This document shows, piece after piece, positions 8,465 to 19,444 of a stretch of 64,000 bases of DNA. The DNA lies in assembly GCA_022844165.1 (NCBI GenBank), contig JALHMH010000006.1, forward strand, positions 20,167 to 84,166, given 5' to 3'. Source of the DNA: Lysobacterales bacterium (GTDB lineage: Bacteria > Pseudomonadota > Gammaproteobacteria > Xanthomonadales > SZUA-5). Positions within the stretch are counted from its first letter, which is position 1; every line of letters begins with the position of its first letter. The notes under the pieces were generated by a model that was not told the DNA's origin, did not search any database, and worked only from the letters and a program-made list of their open reading frames with translations. The position numbers and the translations under genes were made by a program.

Positions 8465-8778
8465 AGTCCTGAGCTTTCACCAACGTCGATGACTATCCAG
8501 CAACCCGGTCGTACCGTAAACCGCCGTGCGACGAGACACCGCTGGCGGCGACCGGGCGGCGATCGGCGTCGTGTCAAGGTGCAAAGAACAACGCGGTGAG
8601 AAGGAGCGCAACCGATACCTCGCTCACGCACGACCTCTGAGGTAGTGTTCGGCACGCGGCCTGCGGCGTGCCGTTCCCCATCCCCCGACTCACAAGGGCT
8701 TCAAAAGCCCACTGTGCCTGGAACAGAAATTTGACTCGAATCGCCAAATCGCGCTCTGTCAAGAACGCCAAGAACTCT

Positions 8779-9990
8779 GTGTCGTGGCTTGCCTATCCGT
8801 TGCAATCGGAGGCATTGCTGACGATCGGTGTCCTGGCGGTTCTGCGCCTGGTGCTCTACATCCCGCTGGGATTCCTGCTGAACGTGCTGGTGACCGTGGC
8901 CATGCTGCGTTACGCCGCGGCCGTGTTGGTCAGTAGTGCCGATGGCGAGACCGAAGCCCCGAACGGAATCGTCACAACACCGTCATTGGGCTGGGTTGTG
9001 CTGCGTGTGCAGATCGCGCTGACCATCCTGGGTGGCGGCGGCACATTTGTGCTGCACTATTTTTTCGACGCGGGCTGGTTGGCGTTGTTGCCGCTGTTGC
9101 TGATCTCAATGGCGACGCCAGCGGCTTTGATGATCGCCGCCATCGACGAATCGACGATGGGCGCACTGAATCCGACCCGGTGGATTGAGCTGATTGCGCG
9201 TATCGGACCGCGCTATTTCCAAGCGAGTTTTTTGTGCCTGGCGATTCTCGTGGTTGAAGTCGGAGCGCAGTGGTTTTTGGCGCCGTGGTTGCCGCCTGTG
9301 ATTGGCCTGGTGATGGTGTACTTCATCGCGCACTATTGCACTGTGCTGATGTTTCACCTGCTGGGACGACTGGTATACGACCGGCGCGATGCGCTCGGAT
9401 ATCAGCCGGATCCCGTGGTGCGCAAAGTGGAGCGACCCAAAGACAAGGATCAGGCAATTCTCGATGCCAGCGAAGCGCCCGCCAAACGGGGCGATTTCGT
9501 GGCAGCGGCCGGACTGTTGGCGGCGCACATTGAACAGCGTGGCGGCACCGATGCCGTTCACTCGCGCTATCGCCAATATCTGCAGCGCCTGAACGATACG
9601 TCGGCGCTCAATGACCATTCGCGATCCTGGCTCAACGTCATGATTGCTAACGAACGCTGGGCACAGGCGCTGACGTTCTGGAACGATGTGCGAACAGCGA
9701 ATCCGGGAGTTTGGCCGATCAGCGGCGAACTGCTGGTGCAACTGCTCGAAAAGGCGCACGAACTGGGTCGGCCTGAGCTCTGTCCGCTGTTTGCATCGGG
9801 TTTTGCGCAAGCGCATCCTGGCGATGCGTATATTGGCCGAGTGCATAGCCTGACGGCGATGGCGATGCTCGCCTTGGGCCAAACGCACGAGGCGCTGGCG
9901 CTCGTTGAATCGACTCTGGCCGCCTATCCGAAATCCAAGGCGAGATCTGAGTTGGAGGCGCTCCGGCACAAAGCGCAATCGCGGACTTGA
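8779..9990 (+). CDS. hypothetical multi-pass membrane protein with helical (TPR-like) C-terminal region
   Basis: Several hydrophobic helices followed by a soluble alpha-helical tail. GTG 8779 is chosen over the track start 8668, which adds a basic non-membrane leader. The start is uncertain. Confidence 0.5.
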   Translation: MSWLAYPLQSEALLTIGVLAVLRLVLYIPLGFLLNVLVTVAMLRYAAAVLVSSADGETEAPNGIVTTPSLGWVVLRVQIALTILGGGGTFVLHYFFDAGWLALLPLLLISMATPAALMIAAIDESTMGALNPTRWIELIARIGPRYFQASFLCLAILVVEVGAQWFLAPWLPPVIGLVMVYFIAHYCTVLMFHLLGRLVYDRRDALGYQPDPVVRKVERPKDKDQAILDASEAPAKRGDFVAAAGLLAAHIEQRGGTDAVHSRYRQYLQRLNDTSALNDHSRSWLNVMIANERWAQALTFWNDVRTANPGVWPISGELLVQLLEKAHELGRPELCPLFASGFAQAHPGDAYIGRVHSLTAMAMLALGQTHEALALVESTLAAYPKSKARSELEALRHKAQSRT

Positions 9991-10054
9991 CTCCCGACCT
10001 CGCTGAAGGCCTGCCGGGACAACCTAAGGGAAGACAGATGATCGCGAAGCGCCA

Positions 10055-10741
10055 ATGAGCACTTTGACCATGATTCGCCACGGCCAGGCCGGCGCGACAG
10101 CGAACAACTACGACGAGTTGTCGCGTCTGGGTTTCGAACAGGCGCAACGCGCCGGGCGCTGGCTGCGTGCACACGACCGTCGTTTCGCGGCGACATACAG
10201 CGGCACGATGCGCCGCCAACGCGATACGTTGGCAACGATCGTGCAGGTCCTGGTCAGTGCGCCGCCCAGCCAGGAGCACCTGGGGCTGAACGAATATGTC
10301 TTCGCCGATCTGGTACGCGCTTATGCCAAGGGCGCGCCGAACGATCCGGATCTGCAGCACGCCATGGCCGATCGCTTCGACAAACGGCGCTGGTTCGCAT
10401 TGCTCAAGACCACACTGACCGCCTGGTCGGAAGACCGTATCGCTGCGCCGCCGGAATCGTATGCTGCATTTCGGGCGCGTATTGCCGTTGCCGAATCGGT
10501 GTTGCGTGAAGCACTGGTGCATGGCGACGTTTTGGCGGTCAGCTCTGGTGGCGTGATGAGCCATTTGATCGCCGCGACGCTTGGCGCGTCGTCGGCGGCT
10601 GCGATCGATTTGAATCTGACGATCGCCAACACCGGCATCTGCGAGTTCAAACTCGCCCGATCCGGCCTCAAGTTGGTGTCGGTCAACAGTCTGCCGCACC
10701 TGTCGGCGCCTGAAGACGCCGGCCTGGTGACCTTGGCGTAG
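10055..10741 (+). CDS. histidine phosphatase (phosphoglycerate mutase) family protein
   Basis: N-terminal RHGQ catalytic motif (LTMIRHGQAG). Confidence 0.8.
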   Translation: MSTLTMIRHGQAGATANNYDELSRLGFEQAQRAGRWLRAHDRRFAATYSGTMRRQRDTLATIVQVLVSAPPSQEHLGLNEYVFADLVRAYAKGAPNDPDLQHAMADRFDKRRWFALLKTTLTAWSEDRIAAPPESYAAFRARIAVAESVLREALVHGDVLAVSSGGVMSHLIAATLGASSAAAIDLNLTIANTGICEFKLARSGLKLVSVNSLPHLSAPEDAGLVTLA

Positions 10742-10832
10742 ATCGCCGCCTGCGATCGCGCATGTTCATGATGCAGCAGTCTGCTCGACTGGCTTGCCGC
10801 GGTGCCATCGGCCGTTGCGCACCGGCGAGGCG

Positions 10833-11750
10833 TCAGGCCAGCACGTAATCGAGGCCCGCACGAACCGCGGCCACTTGCGCGGCCACACATTCGGCAGGCG
10901 TGGTCCTGGCGCTATCTGGATACACTTCAGTGGTGGTCGTAAAGCGTGCGTCGCTGGCGCCGGCACACAGGCCCAGCGCTTTGAACGGATAGCGGATGAC
11001 ACCTGGCGCCACCAACGGCGTGCCGATGAGGTTGCCGGCCGCATCGGCCGGCGCTATGTGCGTCACTTTCGATACGGCATCAATGATCGCCTGCTGGAAT
11101 TGCGGTTGCGGATTGTCCTGATCGTCCACCAGGTAAAAACCGTCGGGAATTTCGCCCGGCTCATACGGCTTGCCGTCCCGTGCGGCCAACGCCGGCCGAA
11201 ACTCGGACTCGTCGCTATCGGTGGTTTCGTGCAGGTCGATATGGACCATGAAACGCCCGAACCACGGCGCAATCAACCGCATCAGTGCCAAGGCCTCTTG
11301 TGCTTCGCCGCCCGCGCGGAACGAACGATTCGGATCGATCGCGTGAGCATTCCAGCGGTGGATGCGCTCATACGCCCATGGGCTGACGCACGGCGCAATC
11401 AGTACATTGAGGCGTCCGGCATAGTCGGTCAGATGCGCCCGCGCAAATGCCAAAGCGCCGTGTACGCCGCTGGTCTCATAACCGTGAACGCCGCCGGTGA
11501 TCAGTGCGCACGGCAAGTGGTCGCGCCAATCGGTACTGCGGATCGCACGTAGCGCAAACTGCTCATCGCCGTACGCAACTTGCCCATAGTCGACGATCGG
11601 CGCATGCCTGCCGATGTCGGCCAACGCTGTGAGCACATCATCGGCATAACTGCGATGTTTGATCTGTCGATCAAGCCAGGCGCGGCGCTCGACATCGCCC
11701 CACGGCGTGCCAGGGGTGCCGATCGGGTAAACGCTGGTCTGCGAAGTCAT
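10833..11750 (-). CDS. M14-family zinc carboxypeptidase-like protein
   Basis: HxxE zinc motif in GGVHGYETSG and a second His in VHIDLHETT. Confidence 0.7.
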   Translation of the reverse strand: MTSQTSVYPIGTPGTPWGDVERRAWLDRQIKHRSYADDVLTALADIGRHAPIVDYGQVAYGDEQFALRAIRSTDWRDHLPCALITGGVHGYETSGVHGALAFARAHLTDYAGRLNVLIAPCVSPWAYERIHRWNAHAIDPNRSFRAGGEAQEALALMRLIAPWFGRFMVHIDLHETTDSDESEFRPALAARDGKPYEPGEIPDGFYLVDDQDNPQPQFQQAIIDAVSKVTHIAPADAAGNLIGTPLVAPGVIRYPFKALGLCAGASDARFTTTTEVYPDSARTTPAECVAAQVAAVRAGLDYVLA

Positions 11751-11876
11751 GGCGTGAGGGGCGCTATTTCGGTCCGGCGACTATGCCATGTCCATGCGCA
11801 ATCGTGACGGCTGCACCTTGATTCGGAGTGTGGCGCAGCCTATGTTGGATGTTCGATATTTTCACCGGCACAGGCC

Positions 11877-12197
11877 ATGGCACAAGGCTTCGAAAAGCGG
11901 CGCCATCCGCGCACCGAGATTTCGGCGGTTGCGGTGTTGATCGCCACGGCAAAGGGTGCGTATTTGAGCCATCTGGCCGATGTGTCCCGCGGCGGTTGCC
12001 GAGTGGTTAGACCGTTGCCGTGGAGCAACGAGTCGCGCCCTCCGTTTCGCCTTTATTTCATCGTCGACCAGGACACGGTGATCGACATCGAAGCTCTGAT
12101 GGTGCGCGCGGGCGATGAGCACATCGCCTTCCAATTCGCGGCAGGACAGAACGACGAAGTCGAACAGCTGTTATACGAGGCACGCTTCATTGCCTGA
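11877..12197 (+). CDS. PilZ domain protein (putative c-di-GMP receptor)
   Basis: RRHPR (RxxxR) followed by DVSRGG (DxSxxG). Confidence 0.75.
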   Translation: MAQGFEKRRHPRTEISAVAVLIATAKGAYLSHLADVSRGGCRVVRPLPWSNESRPPFRLYFIVDQDTVIDIEALMVRAGDEHIAFQFAAGQNDEVEQLLYEARFIA

Positions 12198-12213
12198 TGT
12201 GCTGGCCTACCCT

Positions 12214-12690
12214 ATGCCATCCGGCCCGCAACTCGCTTTGATCGCAGCAGTCGACCGTAACCTCGCGATTGGCGCGAGCGGCCAGTTGCCCTGGCACTAT
12301 CCGGCAGACTTGAAACGCTTCAAGGCGCTGACCCTTGGGCACGCCATTCTGATGGGCCGCAAGACCTTCGATTCGATCGGCAAACCCTTGCCCGGACGGC
12401 GCAACCTCGTGCTGACGCGCGCGGCGATTGCGCACAGTGGCATCGAAAGTTTCGATTCACTGGACGCTGCCTTGGGTGCCGTCGATGGACCCATCTGGGT
12501 GATCGGCGGCGGCGAAATCTACGCGCTGTGCCTGCCACTCGCGCAGCGCCTGGAATTGACACGAATTCCACTCGCCATCGAAAACGCCGACGCGTGGTTT
12601 CCAGCCTTTTCCAGCGACAGTTTTGAGTGCGTTTCGCGCCAGGCCGATCAGGATTTGGTCTTTGAGCGCTGGGAGCGATGCGTCGAGTGA
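12214..12690 (+). CDS. folA: dihydrofolate reductase
   Basis: LIAAVDRNLAIGASGQLPW, LMGRKTFDSIGKPLPGRRNLVLTR and VIGGGEIY. An alternative GTG start lies at 12199. Confidence 0.9.
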   Translation: MPSGPQLALIAAVDRNLAIGASGQLPWHYPADLKRFKALTLGHAILMGRKTFDSIGKPLPGRRNLVLTRAAIAHSGIESFDSLDAALGAVDGPIWVIGGGEIYALCLPLAQRLELTRIPLAIENADAWFPAFSSDSFECVSRQADQDLVFERWERCVE

Positions 12691-12769
12691 CGGGCCGAAT
12701 CGCTCACTGCGGAGCATGTGCGCGGCGGCCGCAACGCCATGGAGCGCACGGGCCATAGCCGTTCCGCTG

Positions 12770-13663
12770 TTACTGCACCACAATCTCAACCCGTCGATTC
12801 CGCGCTCGCCCGGGTTCCTGTGCGTTTGCTGCGGCCGGTGCCAGCGGGCCGACGCCGTGTGCAGACATTCGGCCAGCGGCGATGCCAAAGCGCTGCGTGA
12901 GCGCAGCAACAACGCTCGCTGCGCGATTGGCGGACAGGCTTTGATTGTGCGCCAGGCTGCCCTGGTTATCGGTGTGACCAACGACGTACAACTTCAGCGC
13001 TGGCCGTTCTTTCAGTAGCAACGCGACCTGTTCAAGGGCCGTGTCCGACGTTGGCTGAAGTTTGGCGCTGTCGGTGTCGAAGAAAATGCCGTCGACGGCC
13101 ACCCGGCCGTCGCGGTCCAGGGCTGAGCCCAGCGCGGCGGCGTCAGCCACGACGAGCCCCTGCTGCATTTGTGTCACTTCGATGATGTGGACATGGTGCA
13201 CACTGGGATTGACCGCCACCGACACGTATGCGCGTTGCGACTGATACGCCAATTGCCCCGTGAAGTAGCGCACATCCTTGACGGCACCCATGTTCATACC
13301 GTTGATGGCGTTCCAGCTCGGGATTTCGCGCCAGCCGATGCCGCTGCTGGCGCAGCTGTCGCGGCCCACGCATTCATAGTCGATGCGCATGCCCGCCGCG
13401 ACCAGCGCCTGGCGATAGTTCGCCGCGATTTCCAGTGGCGAACGGCCGGCGGGGTTGCGGTAGGTCAACCGGGTCAGCTTGCCCGACAAGGCCTCGGTTT
13501 GACTCGCATCCTCGCGCATGCCGACGATGCGCTGATATTCGCTAAAGGCCAGCGCTTCTTTCTTGGTCAACACCGATCCTGGGTAAGCCGTCAACAGCGG
13601 GTGTTCGGCAAAGGCAGTGGCGGCGAGCGACAGCGCGCCAATCAAGCAGAACAAGCGTGGCAT
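12770..13663 (-). CDS. OmpA-family protein (N-terminal unknown domain + OmpA/MotB peptidoglycan-binding domain)
   Basis: Signal peptide MPRLFCLIGALSLAATAFA. C-terminal VVGHTDNQGSLAHNQSLSANRA..NRRVEIV. The track ORF up to 14377 is an unsupported extension. Confidence 0.85.
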   Translation of the reverse strand: MPRLFCLIGALSLAATAFAEHPLLTAYPGSVLTKKEALAFSEYQRIVGMREDASQTEALSGKLTRLTYRNPAGRSPLEIAANYRQALVAAGMRIDYECVGRDSCASSGIGWREIPSWNAINGMNMGAVKDVRYFTGQLAYQSQRAYVSVAVNPSVHHVHIIEVTQMQQGLVVADAAALGSALDRDGRVAVDGIFFDTDSAKLQPTSDTALEQVALLLKERPALKLYVVGHTDNQGSLAHNQSLSANRAASVVAALTQRFGIAAGRMSAHGVGPLAPAAANAQEPGRARNRRVEIVVQ

Positions 13664-13841
13664 GGTCGATTCCAGGACAGATGCTGGCGCCAACCATAGC
13701 GCGCGTCCAGGGAAGACGCGAGCCGGTACGGCCAAGCGTTTCGTGCGCCAGCCAGCCATTTCACCTGGCAAGCTGCACGGATCGAGATTGCGACTTCGTT
13801 TGTACGGCTGCGGCCCCTTTGGCCGGACCTGGAGATGCGCA

Positions 13842-15914
13842 ATGCGTTGTGTTGTTGGGTTGTGGTTATTGTGGTGTTCGGTCGCCGATGCGGGCATTGT
13901 GCCGGTGCGCTGGCCTGATGCCTCGGGCCTGTGCGCAGGAATGACGTTGCAGCAGTGCATCGAAGCCACGCCCGGAGGCGCGGAGCTGCGGGTGGTGCGC
14001 GGCGCCGGCGCCAACCCGCTGTACCACGCCATTCCAGGTACCTTGACCATCACTCGACCGTTGGTCCTGAGCGTCGAACCCGGTGTCGATGCGGTACTTG
14101 CCGATGGCGCCGATATCGAATGCGACCTGTCGGCAGGCGTGGGCAACTGCCACATTGAGGGCTTCGTTTTACGCCGCGGGAAAATTCGTCTCCTGGCGCC
14201 TGGAGCGTCGCCCGGCGATGTCCGCATTCTCCGCAATCGTATCGGCATCCCGTCGCGATCGAGCGCAACCGCAGCGATCGAGATCGACCTCCGGGGTGCG
14301 GTCTCAATGTCCAATTGGGAAGTACAGATCGCCAACAACGTCTTGCATTCGACCGGGCCGTCCGGCGCCAACGGCATCTACGTCGTCAACGGTGTCCGGG
14401 CGCGTGCGCAAATTGCCGACAACCTGATCGAATCGAATCACGCGCAAGGGATGCGCAACGGCATTTTTGTGATCTATCAGAATGATGGCGAATTGCGCAT
14501 CGAGCGCAACATCGTACGCGGCAGCACCGATGTCACGGCGACTTCGAGTCCGATCACGATCACCCTGAATGGCCCGATGTCGGCGCCCATTCGCGTGGCC
14601 GACAATTGGATTCGTTCAGTGCCCGACGCCACCGGCGCTGGCATTGGCATGGTCCTGGGATTCCCAGGGGTCTCGACGGCACGCATCGTCAACAACTCGG
14701 TGATCGAAGGGCGATTCGGCATATCGCTGGCGAGCACCGCGCGCGCCGACACTTACGAGCTGCATAACAACCTCGTGGTTGGCCAATCGAACACCGCCGT
14801 CATCTTCTCTGGGGCGCCAATGGCGGCGCTCAACAACACGTTCAACGCCTTGTTCGGAAATGCTGCGAGTGCCGTGGGTTTCGTACCGTCCAGCACCAAC
14901 ATCTTCGCCGACCCGCGGATCGAGAACCGCGACTTCCCGCGCCCGATCGCCGGCTCGCCACTGATCCAGGCTGGGAGCTTCTCACAGTGGTCCGCCCGGG
15001 CGGGAGAGCCGCCGTTTGTGGACGTAGGTGGCGATCCCCGTCGAGGCAATGCGCTTGCAATCGACATTGGTGCGTTCCAGTGGCACCGCGACACCATCTT
15101 CGTTCATGAGGCGAACACCGAAAACTCCGACGGCAACTACACAGTCTTGCCCGCATCGATCGATGCGTCCAACCATCCGGTTGCCGTGCCTTTGGTGCAA
15201 GGGAGTATGCCAATGCAGCACGACCAGGCGGTCGGCGTCTGGCGCCCAACGCCGGCTCGCCTCGCGCTCTATCACGAAGATGCGGCAACGCCGATCAGTG
15301 GCCGTCGCTTCATTGTGGCCAGCTACGAGGCAGCGGCGTTCCCACACGATGCGGACTTGGGAAACACCGCAGGCGGCTGCACCCGCGTACCGGGGATCGG
15401 TTTCAACCAGCGCGATCCCAACTCTGTTGCCATCGCCATGCACCGATTTGAGGGTCCATTCGGCAATCTCTATTTTCCGGAGCCGTTCAGCATGGTTTTC
15501 GACGCCGACTGGTTTATTTGCACCGATACGCCTTCGGTGATTCCGCCTGGCCTGCGTTTTCATGTGCTGGATGCACCGCTGCGGTCGCCGAACGGATTCA
15601 CGACCAGGGCGCTGCCGCAGTCTGCCGCCGAGGTGCCCTTGGCGCATCGATTGTTGGACGGCGCTGCCTGCGCTCTGCCCGTTGTCGGGCGCGGCCACGA
15701 TACGACCGCGCTTTCGCAAGTGAATCCGCGCTCTCTGGCGGTACAGCACGAACCGCCGCGTGGCCCTGGTGCGCCGTCGCGATGGGTCGTGCATCGCGTC
15801 GGCACGTCATCCGAGCCCTTTCCGATGAATGCCGCATTCAACACCGTTTTAAGCGGTGCACAAGCGTTGCGTTGCCGGGTCGACGCGGATTTATTGCGCA
15901 ACGGTTTCGAATAG
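13842..15914 (+). CDS. secreted right-handed parallel beta-helix repeat protein
   Basis: Signal peptide MRCVVGLWLLWCSVADA. Serial PbH1-like repeats (IANNVLHS, IADNLIESN, IERNIVRGS, VADNWIRS, IVNNSVIEG, LHNNLVVGQ). Confidence 0.7.
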   Translation: MRCVVGLWLLWCSVADAGIVPVRWPDASGLCAGMTLQQCIEATPGGAELRVVRGAGANPLYHAIPGTLTITRPLVLSVEPGVDAVLADGADIECDLSAGVGNCHIEGFVLRRGKIRLLAPGASPGDVRILRNRIGIPSRSSATAAIEIDLRGAVSMSNWEVQIANNVLHSTGPSGANGIYVVNGVRARAQIADNLIESNHAQGMRNGIFVIYQNDGELRIERNIVRGSTDVTATSSPITITLNGPMSAPIRVADNWIRSVPDATGAGIGMVLGFPGVSTARIVNNSVIEGRFGISLASTARADTYELHNNLVVGQSNTAVIFSGAPMAALNNTFNALFGNAASAVGFVPSSTNIFADPRIENRDFPRPIAGSPLIQAGSFSQWSARAGEPPFVDVGGDPRRGNALAIDIGAFQWHRDTIFVHEANTENSDGNYTVLPASIDASNHPVAVPLVQGSMPMQHDQAVGVWRPTPARLALYHEDAATPISGRRFIVASYEAAAFPHDADLGNTAGGCTRVPGIGFNQRDPNSVAIAMHRFEGPFGNLYFPEPFSMVFDADWFICTDTPSVIPPGLRFHVLDAPLRSPNGFTTRALPQSAAEVPLAHRLLDGAACALPVVGRGHDTTALSQVNPRSLAVQHEPPRGPGAPSRWVVHRVGTSSEPFPMNAAFNTVLSGAQALRCRVDADLLRNGFE

Positions 15915-15972
15915 GAGCTGGGTGGGCCAGCGGTCTTGTCCGCCGGGCAGGAGATTCGCCTAGACTTGAGCG

Positions 15973-17697
15973 ATGTCCGCCCAACAACGCCGCGCCGATG
16001 TGCTTGCCCGAGTAGCGCACTTGCCGCTGTTCGCGGGATTGGAGCGGCGTTCGTTGGTGCGGGTCGCAGATGAGCTGCAGTGGATCGCTTTGCCAGGCGG
16101 CGCCGAGCTCTTTGCCGAAAACGATGTGCCTGACGCGGTGTATGTGCTGGTTGCCGGTTCACTCGGTGCGTTTCGCCTGGTCGACGGCCGCCTGAAGTTG
16201 CTCGGCCGTGTGCAGCCGGGCGAAACGGTCGGCGAAATGGCGCTGTTGAGCGGACATGTGCGCACCGCGACAGTACGTGCATTGCGCGATTCGGAGGTCG
16301 TACGCTTTTCTCTTGAGGGCTTCGAGCGGCTGGCAAAACAGCATCCGGATGCGATGTTGGCGATCGCGCGCGTCGCGGTCGAGCGCCTGGAACGCACGCT
16401 GGAGGCCAAACGCCAGGATCCGCCGCCGCGCACGCTGGCGTTGCTGCCGGCGCATCCGGGCCTGGATCTCGAACCGCTGGTCGAGCGACTGGCGTACGCC
16501 ATGGCGCGGTTTGGCACGGTCGCGGTTGTCGGTGCGGACGAAGGACGGGATGCGACGATTTCCGAATTGCACGATATCGAAGCCGATCATGCAAAGGTGA
16601 TTTACGTCGGCAGCAGCGACCCGGCCTGGAACGAACGCTGTCGCCGCCAGGCCGACACTTTGGTTCTGGTGGCCGACGCACGTGAACCCGCCGTCGCGAT
16701 CGACGCCGCGTCAGCAACCGATGCCTATCAGGCCATTTTGCTCGTTTTGATGCACCCAGGACGTATCGTCCCCGGCGCAGCGCGCGCCTGGCGCACGCGC
16801 CTTGGTATTGAGCAACATCTGCATGTGCGCGATCACAACGATATCGATCGGCTGGCGCGCCACCTGGCGCATCGTGCCGTGGGTGTTGTGTTTTCGGGTG
16901 GCGGTGCGCGCGGGTTTGCGCACATCGGTGCGATTCGCGCCATGCGCGAGGCAGGCCTGGCGATCGATTCGGTCGGCGGTACGTCGATCGGTTCGTTGAT
17001 GGCGGCCGCGATCGCGCTCGAATGGGAAGACGATCTCATCCAGAGCTGCTTTCAGCGCTCGTTTGTGGCGACCAATCCACTGTCGGATTACACCATTCCG
17101 CTGGTGGCGCTGGTCGCGGGGCGTAAGGCTTCGCGTCTGCTGCGGCGGGAGTTTACGGAGATCGATATCGAAGACCTGCCGTTGCCGTTTTACGCGGTCT
17201 CGGCCGATCTTGCGGACGGTCGCAGTGTGGTGCATCGCAGCGGCCCCTTGTGGCGCGCATTGCGCGCGTCTATCGCGATTCCCGGCGTGTTGCCGCCGGT
17301 CTGCCAGGGCGGCAAAGTGCTCGTCGACGGCGGTGTGATCGACAATCTGCCGATCGCGGCGATGCGCAAACGCCACCACGGGCCGGTCATCGGCATCGAT
17401 ATTGCCGGCAACCACGCGCTGGCAACGGATCTGGATGAAACCGATCTGCCCTCTGCATGGGCGCTGCTGATGGCGCGCTGGCGCGGCCACCCCAAACGTC
17501 CCGGTATCTTGCGCATTTTGTTGCGTGCCGGCATGGTCAACTCCGCCAGTACCGCCGAAGCGAACGCTGCGATGAGCGATCTCATCGTCAAGCCACCCGT
17601 CGACAACATCGATCTGTTGGCCTGGCAACGCTTCGAAGATGCGATCGCAAGCGGCTATGCGCACACTCGCGCGGCGTTGGCGAAGGCGACGCTGTGA
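15973..17697 (+). CDS. cyclic-nucleotide-binding domain + patatin-like phospholipase
   Basis: cNMP-binding segment (GETVGEMALLSGHVRTATVRA). Patatin motifs GGGARG and GTSIGS (GxSxG), plus DGG near the catalytic Asp. Confidence 0.85.
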   Translation: MSAQQRRADVLARVAHLPLFAGLERRSLVRVADELQWIALPGGAELFAENDVPDAVYVLVAGSLGAFRLVDGRLKLLGRVQPGETVGEMALLSGHVRTATVRALRDSEVVRFSLEGFERLAKQHPDAMLAIARVAVERLERTLEAKRQDPPPRTLALLPAHPGLDLEPLVERLAYAMARFGTVAVVGADEGRDATISELHDIEADHAKVIYVGSSDPAWNERCRRQADTLVLVADAREPAVAIDAASATDAYQAILLVLMHPGRIVPGAARAWRTRLGIEQHLHVRDHNDIDRLARHLAHRAVGVVFSGGGARGFAHIGAIRAMREAGLAIDSVGGTSIGSLMAAAIALEWEDDLIQSCFQRSFVATNPLSDYTIPLVALVAGRKASRLLRREFTEIDIEDLPLPFYAVSADLADGRSVVHRSGPLWRALRASIAIPGVLPPVCQGGKVLVDGGVIDNLPIAAMRKRHHGPVIGIDIAGNHALATDLDETDLPSAWALLMARWRGHPKRPGILRILLRAGMVNSASTAEANAAMSDLIVKPPVDNIDLLAWQRFEDAIASGYAHTRAALAKATL

Positions 17698-17831
17698 CCC
17701 GACTTGCGCACAACCGGTCGCGAGGCCGTTGTGCAGCAACGCCGATATACGAAGCGAATTGGGCATGGCATCGCGCCAAGAGCGGCCTTTTTGCGTAGCA
17801 TCCGCAATGGTCGCACTCGACGGGGATCGAA

Positions 17832-18284
17832 ATGGCTGAGACCGGAGCGTTGGGCTGGATAAGTGGCGCCTTGGGTGGTTTGTTCAAACAGGAACAACTG
17901 GATCCAAAAGAGGAAATTTTCATCGCCGTGCTGTTCGCATTGCTCGGCTCGCTGGCCCGCGCTGACGGTGTGGTGTCCGCCGAAGAGGCGGCGCATGGCG
18001 AAGAACTCATCGATCGCATGCAGTTATCCAAAGCTGGCCGCAAGCTGGCGTTTACGCACTTCGAACGTGGTCGCGCTGGCGGGCTCAATGTTGAAGCGGA
18101 GTTGAACCGTTTTCTGGCCGTGTTTCGGCAGAGTTCAACCCACTCTGAGCAATTGATGGAAGCGTTGTTGACCTTGGCGCGTGCCGATGGTCGCATGCGC
18201 ATTCCTGAAAAATCGTGGTTGACGCGCGTCGGCACACGACTCGGGATCGATTCGGAGACACTGAAGGAGCGCATCGGCTCCTGA
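17832..18284 (+). CDS. TerB-family (DjlA N-domain-like) protein
   Basis: Two repeats of LARADG..(V/M) with helical spacing typical of TerB domains. No J domain. Confidence 0.55.
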   Translation: MAETGALGWISGALGGLFKQEQLDPKEEIFIAVLFALLGSLARADGVVSAEEAAHGEELIDRMQLSKAGRKLAFTHFERGRAGGLNVEAELNRFLAVFRQSSTHSEQLMEALLTLARADGRMRIPEKSWLTRVGTRLGIDSETLKERIGS

Positions 18285-18358
18285 GGTTAGCGACGCGGGG
18301 TCAACTTCTTCGCAGCGAACGGCGCTATCGTTCGCTGCTACGATTGCCGCAGGAACAT

Positions 18359-19444
18359 ATGCGCATTTTCCCGCAACATCGCACGTGGGTGCACAGCGCC
18401 ATTGCTGAGATCGACGCCGACTTTCAGCGTTCGGCGGATACACATCTGTTTCGCCTCCCGTGGCCGGCGGCGCCAGCGATTCGCATCTACTTTAAAGACG
18501 AATCCACGCACCCGACAGGCAGTTTGAAGCATCGGCTTGCGCGCTCGCTGTTTTTGTTCGGGCTGTGCAACGGCTGGATCGGACCGAAGACGCCGATCAT
18601 CGAGGCCTCCAGCGGTAGCACCGCGATCAGTGAAGCCTACTTTGCGCGACTGCTGGGCCTGCCGTTCATCGCGGTGATGCCGCGCCACGTGTCGCCGGAG
18701 AAAATCGCGCAGATCGAGTTTTATGGCGGGCGCTGCCACCTGGTCGATGGTCCAAGTGTCTACGCCGAATCCGAGCGGCTCGCGCGAGAGCTGGGTGGCC
18801 ACTACATGGACCAGTTCACGTTCGCCGAGCGGGCCACCGATTGGCGCGGCAATAACAACATCGCCGAAGCGATTTACGCACAGATGCAGCGCGAGCCCGA
18901 TCCGATTCCGCGCTGGATTGTCGTCTCTGCCGGTACCGGTGGCACGTCCGCGACCATCGGGCGTTACATGCGTTACTGCGCGAAACGCGACTGCAGCAGC
19001 CAGCTGTGTGTCGTAGATCCCGAACGCAGTGTGTTCTACGACTATTTCCAGAGCCTGGATGCGACGCTGACACTCGATTGCAGTTCGCGCATCGAAGGCA
19101 TCGGTCGGCCGCGCGTCGAACCCTCGTTCGTACCAAGCGCGATCGATCGCATGCTGCAAATACCGGACGCCGCGTCGTTGGCGGCGATGCGTTTTCTCGA
19201 ATCCCTGCTCGGTCGGCGCTGCGGTGGTTCCACCGGCACCAACTTCTACGGCGTTTGCACACTGCTCGCGGAAATGCGTGAGCGCAGCGAAACCGGTTCA
19301 GTGGTGACGCTGATTTGCGACGGCGGCGAACGATATCGCTGCACCTATTACAACGACGAATGGGTGCGCGCCCAGGGTCTGGACCTCGCACCATATCGCG
19401 CGCAATTGGAACGCTTCTGGCAAGGCGGTGCCTGGTCGTTGTGA
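18359..19444 (+). CDS. PLP-dependent cysteine synthase/cystathionine beta-synthase-family protein
   Basis: [14 protein letters not shown] (PLP-lysine region) and [13 protein letters not shown] 18359 is chosen over the track start 18215. Confidence 0.75.
   Translation: MRIFPQHRTWVHSAIAEIDADFQRSADTHLFRLPWPAAPAIRIYFKDESTHPTGSLKHRLARSLFLFGLCNGWIGPKTPIIEASSGSTAISEAYFARLLGLPFIAVMPRHVSPEKIAQIEFYGGRCHLVDGPSVYAESERLARELGGHYMDQFTFAERATDWRGNNNIAEAIYAQMQREPDPIPRWIVVSAGTGGTSATIGRYMRYCAKRDCSSQLCVVDPERSVFYDYFQSLDATLTLDCSSRIEGIGRPRVEPSFVPSAIDRMLQIPDAASLAAMRFLESLLGRRCGGSTGTNFYGVCTLLAEMRERSETGSVVTLICDGGERYRCTYYNDEWVRAQGLDLAPYRAQLERFWQGGAWSL

Noticed and set aside
15973-17697. cNMP-binding patatin phospholipase as a CBASS-type defence effector
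   Set aside because: No CD-NTase/cyclase or other CBASS component is adjacent. The domain architecture matches the widespread NTE-like housekeeping family.
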